Assembly (NCBI GenBank): GCA_965644295.1
Contig: CBFFRP010000111.1
Coordinates: 124,001 to 188,000, forward strand
Source: Paraphysomonas bandaiensis
Lineage: Eukaryota; Protista; Chrysophyceae
Direction of reading: 5' to 3'
DNA length: 64,000 nucleotides
The position numbers were made by a program, and so were the translations under genes. Shown piece by piece: positions 50,682 through 61,800 of this stretch. How positions within the stretch are numbered: the first letter of the stretch is position 1; every line of letters starts with the position of its first letter. The notes beneath the pieces were generated by a model. The model made no database searches, was not told the origin of the DNA, and was given only the letters and a program-made list of their open reading frames with translations.

Positions 50682-53600
50682 CGAGCAATGATGGAGAATG
50701 TTCGACATAATCACACCAGCTCCAAGTACTTTTCGGTATTCGTACTTGTGCGGGCGGTTTGGCCATAATATACTTGGTATGAGTGTAATAGCCGCGTCCC
50801 ATTTCTGTGTATTAGTGAATTGTATAATCAATGCAGCAAGCAGAGGCTGAAGAAACGCAATCATAGTATACGTCAATATAAACACCGGTATGAAATTCCT
50901 AAGTACAGCCGATGAGCACTGGTAAGAGTACGTGTACGGAGGTGTAAACGAAGTGGAAAGACTCACAGAGTAGTAGTTGGTACACTCCAGGTCACCATTA
51001 ATAGCGTTGCACAGTTTGTAAGTACCACCAGTGCCTATATCTGCTGTACCAGTAAACAACTCCACGAAGCAGCTCTGATCTGTCATCGCACTTGCTAATA
51101 TTGGAGCAACGATACTATTGAACATCATCAGAATCAAATGTAGTCGAATGCGCACCTTAGATCGCAATAAATGGGGAAACAAACTAATTCCCTTCGTGAG
51201 TACCACTGAATTGAAAACGATATCAAAAATAGAGAGGGATGCTTGCATGAACCCCGCAGCCACTTGCGATACATCTTCCCAGATCAATATGTACACATAG
51301 GACCCTTTCACTCCCAAGACTACGATACAATTAATGAACACCACAGCAATTATATATACGTATGAACGAAGATTTGAGCTCGTTTTTTCATTTGATGTTG
51401 CAATCGCTACAGCATCTTCAATACCTTGCGATACGTCGTTGTTAGTATCACAGTACTTTGTATCTGAGTGTATTACAAAGCTCAGGAACCCTACCATTGC
51501 GAGGAACACCAGACAGAGCAATATATATGCACTGGTGGGTCCAACAAGAAAAGCTGCTGAGTATAGGTATCGATACTGATAAGTGTGTGTGCCCGCACCG
51601 ATAGCAGTTTTAAGAGTGACGTAAGCGATCATGAAAGTAATAATTATCATCACAGACATATTGATCACAAGAACGCGCATTTCACGTAGACTTCGTAAGA
51701 AATTTCTCAGTTCTGGATTAATAGATGAGTTCACATTGCTGGCAACATTATGCCATTTCCTGAGAGTTGAAAAGTGCTGGATAATGACATCAAATATTTG
51801 ATTTCCACGGAAGGCAAAAATTATCCCCAAAGTACCACAGACACTAGCACATAGACATGTGAAAAGGAGGAGTGAATAGTCGACACGGTCGGACCCACAT
51901 GAGTATGTCGAAGATTCAGGGTCACTGTGAGGAAGGTGATTCGTATTCCGGCAATCAAACATATTTCCAGCAAGAAGGTTGATATGAGAAATTCCCTTCA
52001 CACTTTTTGGTACGTGTCCTGACAGACGATTTACACTTAACGATAATTTCACGGGCTGCTGAGATTGCTCTGCTGAAATGTATCCCTCAGTATTCAGTTC
52101 ATCGCATGTACCCGACAATCGGTTATGACTTAGGTCCAGCTTGTGCAAAGGAGATTTACGAAGCGAAAGAGGTATACTACCTTCCAGAGTGTTATAGGCG
52201 AGGCTGAGGTCGGTTAACGATATGATGCCAGGAGGGTCAGGTATGGTACCTTCTAATAAATTCCCTGTTAAATGAAGGGTCTTTAAATTAGGGAGGTCCC
52301 ATATACACGCGGGAATCGTACTACCCTTGGAGGATGGTATGTAAGCCGGCTTTAAAGCAAAAGGATTCCAAATAGATCTACGACACTCTTTACCTGAGTG
52401 CAATCCTTCCAAAACGATGGTTTCCAATGTACTGGATTCGCATACCGACGAAGGAATGGGTCCACGAAAGCATCCACCAGTTGCAGCGACATATCGAATA
52501 TTCACCAAGCTAAAAATAGCATCAGGGAAGGCACCAGAAAATCGATTTTGTGATATATCTATCGCCTGCAGGAGGGCAAATATGGAATCACCAGTGCTCG
52601 TAAAAACGTCATTCAAATCGCCTGTCAGTCTATTATTCTTAAATAATATGGTCTGTAAGGAGGAGCAGTTGCGGAGAGAATAGGGTAGCGTCCCAGTCAA
52701 ATCATTGTTATACGCCGATAGCTGCTGAAGGTACCGCGCATCCCCTATGCTAGATGGCAATGGTCCCGTGATGTCGTTGCCGTGAATGTATATATATTGC
52801 TTACTCCCCTGGAACAGCTCAGCTGGTAGAGTTCCAGTAATTTCGTTGTCACCAAGGTTGAGAAGAAACAAGTACGGTAAATTGCATAATTCTAAAGGTA
52901 TAGTGGACGTAAAGAAATTACTATCCAGATGAAGTTGAATAATATTTGGAACATTAGAGTAATCAGTTGGCACAGGTCCAGACAGTAAGTTATTCGAAAC
53001 ATCTAGTTCGAAGGGACGTTTTACAGGAAAAGAGCAGTTAAATACCAAAGGTCCTGTCAAATAGTTATCACTTGCTGCTAAGTGGGTCATCTTTATACCC
53101 ATATATATAAATCTAATGGGTCCAGATAAAAAATTATTTGAGATATCCAGCCACTTCAGTAAAGGCATTCCAAGAATAGTATCCAGAAACCCGGTCAAAT
53201 AGTTACTACTGAAATCCGCAACACGTAGTTTGGTGTAGGCACTAATTGTGTTGGGTATGCTGCTTGAGAGGAAATTCGAAGATATGTTGAGTGTACTTAG
53301 CTTTGATAAATCACCAAGCGTTGAGGGGATACCACCATGAATACTGTTACCTCCCACCTCAATACTGTAAACCTGACACCCCCCACTGCACCAATAAGTT
53401 GGCAAATGTCCGGACAGCATATTTTCTGATACATCAATAGTCTGCAATTGCTGAGGTAAAGGAGATAGAACAGGCCCTGTAAAATAGTTGGAACGCAGTG
53501 CTACACTGACAATATTGGGCATGAAGGATAGCCCAGTGAGAATGGTTCCTGTTAACATGTTGTACCGCATATCTATAGCAGTGAGGGAACTAATACCTAC

Positions 53601-54248
53601 AAGTGACGACGGCATGGGACCACTGAGACAATTCGTTTGGAGAAAAAGAGAAACTAACGATGTTGGCAGGGGGGGAATATGTCCGGATAACAATGCCGAT
53701 GATATATCCATAACATACAACTGAGTCAGTTTAATAATTGAAGATGGAATGGTGCCTGTGATTGCATTATTATCAATATACAATGTAGAGAGTGTATCAA
53801 TATTGCCAATATCATCTGGAAGTGATCCCATCAGACTACAATTAGATAAACCTAATGATATAACAGTGCAATTGATTGATTGACAGGTCTCTGAGTCATA
53901 TCCACAGTCCACATGAGCCCATTGATCAATACATGGATCACTTCCATCAGTAAAATTCCAATTTGTATTACATGATTTACTCCATGTATTACCTGATGTA
54001 GAAATGAATAAAGAATGAAGGGCTGTGTATTGTTGAGTAGGTAAACAACTGTATAATGGGACGATATATATATATATATATGAGATGAACCATAAAGCAC
54101 GTAAAGACATTATTGAGAAACTATGAGTGAGGGGTTACATGTTGTTATATACTGTGTAATCTGAGATATCGATCTAGTCACAGATATGTGTTGGAAGCAA
54201 GTATGTTTATATGTTGCTACTCACAGTGTACAGTGCGTGTACAGCATC

Positions 54249-54367
54249 GTATGTATGTATGTATGTATGTATGTATGTATGTATGTATGTATGTATGTAT
54301 GTATGTATGTATGTATGTATGTATGTATGTATGTATGTATGTATGTATGTATGTATGTATGTATGTA
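54249..54367. repeat. (TATG)n microsatellite
   Basis: Direct observation, about 140 bp upstream of the minus-strand LRR gene ATG. Confidence 0.98.
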
Positions 54368-54403
54368 CTGTACGTTTCTGTCAACTTTTATCCACGCACT
54401 CGT

Positions 54404-56651
54404 TTTTCTGTAAAATGTGGAAGGTACCGTACTCAAGCCCGCACCATAATGGTGTGGAACTATATAAGTGGTGATGATGAGTGACCAGTGGTATGTATGG
54501 TGTTGCTGGTGAGTAATAGATCCAGGGAGGTGGGTGTTGAAGGAGGAGCTCTCTCATCACAGCATGGTATCATACATACAGAACATAATAACAGCGAGAA
54601 CATATCATAGTAGCATGGAATCAACTACCACGGAATCAACTACCACGGAATCAACTACCACGGAATCAACTACCACAGGGGGCATTAGAAAAGTCGGTGA
54701 TGGGGAAACCAAAAATCGTAACTCCTCTGCGTTAGCTCAGTTTGCGAAGTACTTGGAGATGCGGTTCGACGGGAAGAAGAGGTATAAGGAACTCATAGAC
54801 AGTGATATAAATGTAGAACTATTTCAATGTTTCGGTGGCTTTTTGATCGATCACGCCGTCCATGGAACAACGAAGAAGCCTTTGACCCTAGGTACTGCTT
54901 GGCAGTATTTGTCAGACACGAAGACTGCGCTGACGAAGCGATTTAAAAGAAATGAGTTATTAAGCAGCTCCAATGAGCTGTGGTACAAAGATGTGAGAGC
55001 GGCAGTATCAAAGCATATTATCAAGCGGTGTATCGCACAAGGAGTGCGTATATCAGAGAAAACAAGTCCAGTGGGGAAAGAACTAATGAAGCGCATAGGT
55101 GAATACATTATACATCGGGCATCTGATTTCTCCGGTAAGTGGACATACTTCACATATCTATGATTTACTGTATACCCTATGGTAGACAACGTCAACAAAC
55201 AGAAAAAACTAAATCGAGTATTGACTAAAGGACTCGGCCTATTGTACGATGACGAGAAACGTTTTCTTGATGAGCCGAAACCCTGTATGGCAAGTCAGTC
55301 TACTTCGTACAGAGAATGGAAGAGTAATTTAAAATGCATAGCTGAAAAGGTTGAATTGCGTGTTATAATCAACCATTACAGCGTTCAGCATTTTATTATT
55401 CGACACAGTCTGATGTTAGTAATCTGTAGAATGCCTATATGTATTCATTTATAACCACTCCATCAACTTTTTATAATGTACCCTTATAATTAATGATTCA
55501 TTAGTAATTGGAATACATCGTATCATTATTTACAGAGCATACAACAGTATAATCAACCATTACAGCGTGCAGCATTTTATTATTCGACACAGTCTGATGT
55601 TAGTAATCTGTAGAATGCCTATATGTATTCATTTATAACCACTCCATCAACTTTTTATACTGTACCCTTATAATTAATGATTCATTAGTAATTGGAATAC
55701 ATCGTATCATTATTTACAGAGCATACAACAGTATAATCAACCATCACAGCGTTCAGCATTTTATTATTCCACACCGTTCAGAATTCTTATCACATACAGC
55801 CATACTGCATACCCTTACACAACATGACACATATTCACTGCAAGATGGAACAGGGGCAGCCGGGCGCTTGTGTCGCTTAGGCATCCCTCTTGCACCGGTA
55901 AGTATAAACGTCATTGCGCCTACAACAGCATAATAAACCATCACAGCCTTCAGCATTTTATTATTCCACACCGTTCAGAATTCTTATCACATACAGCCAT
56001 ACTGCATACCCTTACACAACATGACACATATTCACTGCAAGATGGTACAGGGGCAGCCGGGCGCTTGTGTCGCTTAGGCATCCCTCTTGCACCGGTAAGT
56101 ATAAACGTCATTGCGCCTACAACAGCATAATAAACCATGACAACATTCAGCATCTCATATACCATCACACAACATAGTGCATGCATGATATACAGCCTTC
56201 TATTCCTTCAAATGTACCACTTCTCATCTCTCTACATACCTGACACTTTAAATAGGATGATGGGAGCATGATGCTCCCACCTGGAATTCAATCATTGATA
56301 TCCATATCAAATCACTTCATACCATAATATACAGCCCTTCACAGTTCCTCTCCATACAGCCTTATAAACCTCGTCCAGTAACTGCATATCTCATCTCACA
56401 GTTTCATGAAATAAGATGGTAGCAACATGTTATCACCTATCATTCAAGCACTCATTAACGTGTATCTGCTGCATATGGCTGCCTCGTCATATTACTATAT
56501 ACATATACTCGATGCATGTGATATGATGCACTATGCTATGATGCACTCTGCTGATTGGATCACTCGATGGGCGCACTTGCTGTGCGGCCTTTGTGTAAAA
56601 ACAAGGGTGCGGGATCCCGCACCTGCGGTGCGGGCTAAATAATTTTTCTGG
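54404..56651 (+). mobile_element. Crypton-like element, copy 2 (different internal deletions)
   Basis: Near-identical reverse complement of both ends of 25178-28606. It keeps about 90 bp (55080-55170) missing from copy 1 but lacks the catalytic C-terminal YR motifs. Confidence 0.85.
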
Positions 56652-57130
56652 AAAAATGTCTTCTGAGCATGAAAAGCTGTAGTTATAGGAGGACAAAAGA
56701 CAGAAATCCGTCGAAAGACAAAATGTCTTTCTGTCTTCGGCCGACAGAAAGACATAAATATGAGCAAATTTATGTCTTTTTGTCTTCAAGGACAGAAATC
56801 GAGAGTGGAAGACATTTTTACACAATGGAGCTTCATTAATAGTTATACACACTGATGAACAGCACCAGGCGCAATGATTTATAGTCTCAAGCATTGGCAG
56901 AAGCTTGCCATTGCTTTGGCAGGCATGGAGACCCATGGTGTCAAGACCACGACGATAACAGAGCTTGGAGAAATATGTCTGTGAAACTTCTTACGACACG
57001 CCGCACTCCTGACAACAATGAAAGCACTGACATCTACATCAGTGAAACCGTATCCCTGACCGAGTATATTCCGGCAGGAACCATAACTATTATCAGATTG
57101 TGGAAGGTGAAGATGTGTGTTGATTTAAAC

Positions 57131-57161
<31 letters not shown>

Positions 57162-58821
57162 CATACATACATACATACATACATACATACATCCAAAGGA
57201 CTCTTTGGAATCAACTCTGAAACTATTTGGAAGAAATAAACAACACTGGAAATAAAGAAGGAAATCAGTCATTAATGAGTTCACTCCAGATTTTGTTATC
57301 CTTTTGAATAAGGTATATATATCTTATAATGTTATTCAATAGTAATATTTGTTGATGCAGGACGAAACAATACCGCCAGGCGTGCAGATGAGAGAGTTGC
57401 TCGTCAAGACGGTGGAGCTCTCCTGGAATCGTAAAGAAGCTGAAAGGATAAGAAGAGAGCTGGCACAACTCTCGAAACAATGACACTAACAGCAACGCCA
57501 ACCAATGGTAATTATCTTGGTCCGATTGATTTTCTATTATCCATGCAAGTTCTATTTGTTATATACATATGTTGTTACTATATTATACACGTTAGTTATA
57601 ATGACGTTTGCCAGTGTCAGTTTTAAATTCACAACTTTGTTTATTACATTGACTAATAATTATCACATGATCTAATTGTAAGATGCATTTAATCTTGCAT
57701 GTAATCACAGATATATTGAATGGGATCTAACTACACAAACAACTGAAATGTAATGTGTGTTGTACATATAACATATTGGCAACATATTGTAATAAACTAA
57801 ATATACACATTCAACTTCAATATTGGGTTAACATAAACTCACTTCTATCTTAGTTATCAATTATGATATTGGCAGTCATATGTATAGATATCGTTATATT
57901 ACACAATTATAGAGAAACCACAATGATGAGTCAACTATCAAAAGGAGTTCATCAAACACTTCAAGTCATCATCCATCTTTCGTCTGATGTGGAAGATAAT
58001 AATGATGTCAGTGCATGCGATCTATCTTCATAACCTGGACTTCGAAACAAGTTCAAGAATATTGCAGGAGAGTTTAAGTGCCATATCTGATGCTATATAG
58101 GAAGTTAAGGGCAGTAACACCCAGCTCTTTCAACCCAGCTCTTTCAAGGTGTCCGTCACTACGTCGTGCGTATCAGGATTGTGCGCCTCATCTTACTATC
58201 ATTCAAATCAGGTGCACTCGCAGAGATTGAGCGTGTTTATATAAATGTGATGATGATGCTAATCAAGGCAATAAAAAGCATCGTGCTTGAAACATTTGAT
58301 ACGTAATTCGAAAACGCGTTCTGAATTGCTTGCCTGATGCAGTGTGACATGGTATATAATACAATACCAAAAGTCATACCTTCACAAGTTGTGGGATCTC
58401 TTATCCTTGTATTCCTCAGCAGGAGTCCCCATGGTGTGTTATCGTAGCCAATCCGTTCGTAGACATTTCTTCTTGCAAAGATACGATCCTAACTGGACGC
58501 TGGAGATTGCTTCATGAGCTGTTTGATCAAGGATGTCCTGCACAGACAACTTCCGGGACAATGCACACACGCGAAATATCATGCTATCAACTTTACACAG
58601 TCACTGTCAATGCTTAATGCTTTGCTTCGCAATATATTCAGTGAGATCAAGCGAACAGAGAATGAAAAGAAATTTGAATTTAAACACAAAAACACTGTTT
58701 TGTCTTTTGTCTTTCTGTGTGCACTATAATTACGGCTTCGTTTGCACCCGACAAAAACAATTCTGATGAAAAAAAATGTCTTTTGTCGTTTTGTCTTTTG
58801 TCTCCACTATAATTAGTGGCC
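56652..58821 (-). mobile_element. Diverged, truncated second copy of the PIF/Harbinger element
   Basis: 58290-58821 is the reverse-complement homolog of 11471-12020, ending ATAATTAGTGGCC followed by TTA. 56660-57550 is homologous to about 13330-13850. The other TIR is lost at the Crypton junction; contains (CATA)n at 57133-57192. Confidence 0.88.
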
Positions 58822-58825
58822 TTAT

Positions 58826-61800
58826 TACATATATACAATGCGGGAGTACGTGAAATTCTGTCACACTCATGTATACTTTTCAGTTTGTGTCGGTTGTAGA
58901 TGTGTGTTTTTGGAATACCGTGTTGTATTATGTGAAGTGTGTATGTATCATATATAACGCATCTCTTCATATGTTACTTTAAACTATCAACAGTGCCATG
59001 AAAGGAGGTGATATCCACACCAAAAACAGAAGAATATCTTCTTCACCGTCGTGTTTCTTTCAACCTCTGCTCTGAAGCGATCCAGGTTCTTGTATGTATG
59101 TGAGGGTGACTGTTAATAGAGCTACATACCCTCTCACATACATACACATATACACCCCTTGAGACAGGCACACACGTACATACCCGCCGTAAAATAACAA
59201 ATATTAGTTATATTATGGTGATAGCGTGCCACTTCACCTATTCTTATTTCACGTATATGAAGGAAGGAGGATTTGGTTATTGTTTGCTTAACTGAGTGAA
59301 CTACGTGCCCTCTTCTGATTGCCATTCACACGCGCTGGTACACCACAGTGGCCAAGGTCTTCTGAATTAGTCACAGTACCTCTCTGTATTGCTTTATTTC
59401 CCTAATTTTCTGGAAACTACGAATATCTTGAAACTTGAAAATAGACCCTAATATATATCTAACAGTGGTTTTCGTAGCTGGCTTATATACAATCAACTTT
59501 CTTAGTCAAAAATTTACATATATATACAATGCGGGAGTACGTGAAATTCTGTCACACTCATGTATACTTTTCAGTTTGTGTCGGTTGTAGATGTGTGTTT
59601 TTGGAATACCGTGTTGTATTATGTGAAGTGTGTATGTATCATATATAACGCATCTCTTCATATGTTACTTTAAACTATCAACAGTGCCATGAAAGGAGGT
59701 GATATCCACACCAAAAACAGAAGAATATCTTCTTCACCGTCGTGTTTCTTTCAACCTCTGCTCTGAAGCGATCCAGGTTCTTGTATGTATGTGAGGGTGA
59801 CTGTTAATAGAGCTACATACCCTCTCACATACATACACATATACACCCCTTGAGACAGGCACACACGTACATACCCGCCGTAAAATAACAAATATTAGTT
59901 ATATTATGGTGATAGCGTGCCACTTCACCTATTCTTATTTCACGTATATGAAGGAAGGAGGATTTGGTTATTGTTTGCTTAACTGAGTGAACTACGTGCC
60001 CTCTTCTGATTGCCATTCACACGCGCTGGTACACCACAGTGGCCAAGGTCTTCTGAATTAGTCACAGTACCTCTCTGTATTGCTTTATTTCCCTAATTTT
60101 CTGGAAACTACGAATATCTTGAAACTTGAAAATAGACCCTAATATATATCTAACAGTGGTTTTCGTAGCTGGCTTATATACAATCAACTTTCTTAGTCAA
60201 AAATTTACATATATTTCAAGTGCAAATAATATATATACTGTAGTAGACATACATACTGCGTATATTATTACTACTTAGTATAATATTGAATAGTACTCAC
60301 TTACCTCTACTACTAGAACATAGCCTACTATAGAAACTGCCATAACTGAAATCTGAAATTACCAACATCCTTACATTCCATTCCTAACTCCCGATACAAT
60401 TCTTTCAAAGCACTTTCATATACTCTACCAAACTATTAGGATTCAGCTTACAAATACATGATGGCCTCACAATATGGCACCTCTGCAGTTTTTATTACTA
60501 GTGACAGCTACTCCGGTTTTTACTCTCAGTGTGTATAGTTCATATTCTCTCTATTATCTACGGTTCACTGATTATTTCATTGAGGGGGCGTATTAGGATT
60601 CAGCTTAATACAAGATTGGAATCGCATTTCAGTACACTCCCATGCTCGTTTAAGAAGGAATTCTATTGTCTTTCTTGCACGTAGATGAGAATCATCCCTA
60701 TCAGCTTTTGTCAAAGCTTGAAGTCCACATAAAAGCCGATATGGTTGGATCCCTTCTTGTCCATTACCAAAATGTCAGAGGTCCCACAAAGTCTTCACAC
60801 TAATGCACTATAGCCTTTAACATGTAATGCACTGTAGAGGTCCTCCTGTCATTGGGTATATCATTTGGTCCATCTAATTTCTTCCGGTCGTTAGCTGTAT
60901 TGCACTGAACCCCAAAGAACTCCATCACTCGGTCTTTGTTGGCAGAAATTATCAGCTTATCTTCATCATCCAACCTTTCAGGATAATGAGAACAAAAGCA
61001 CTACGTCATATGCCTCACTTTGCCAGTATACATTGCCTTTGTTTTGGCATGAATTAAGAGAATGAGAGACGTTCTTGAAGTCGATGAGGAGGAAGCTCGA
61101 GATGTAGCAGGAGAAGTATCATCTGAGAGGACCCATGGTATTAAATACAGACAAGATATTCAATGTAGGTTCGATATTAAAGTGAATATGGTTTCTACGC
61201 AGATCACATATATCATACAGATACAACCTTGTATCTTTTGCATACGATTTCTACGTAGAAATCTCCGGAATTCTACTGTATTCTACATAGAAATCTCCGG
61301 AATTCTACTGTATTCTACATAGAAATCTCCGGTATTCAGTGTGCCATGATAATTTCACGTAAGGTAAAAATCTGATATTTCAGTTTTATTTTGTTGATAT
61401 TCCAGGCGTAGGTGAAACATAGTCACACGCTACCCAAAAAATACTGCCACAGTATTTCACCTACGGTGCATATATATACAATGCGGGAGTACGTGAAATT
61501 CTGTCACACTCATGTATACTTTTCAGTTTGTGTCGGTTGTAGATGTGTGTTTTTGGAATACCGTGTTGTATTATGTGAAGTGTGTATGTATCATATATAA
61601 CGCATCTCTTCATATGTTACTTTAAACTATCAACAGTGCCATGAAAGGAGGTGATATCCACACCAAAAACAGAAGAATATCTTCTTCACCGTCGTGTTTC
61701 TTTCAACCTCTGCTCTGAAGCGATCCAGGTTCTTGTATGTATGTGAGGGTGACTGTTAATAGAGCTACATACCCTCTCACATACATACACATATACACCC

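Larger units (their letters stand above)
44321..54110 (-). pseudogene. Signal peptide + LRR ectodomain + multi-pass membrane protein, interrupted by an LTR retrotransposon
   Basis: LRRNT (WNF..DPC..W..V.C), about 20 plant-type LRRs and many TM helices. The frame resumes across the TSD (HHCS|VLMTYGIASP). A last exon at 44321-44626 follows a GT-AG intron. Confidence 0.88.
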
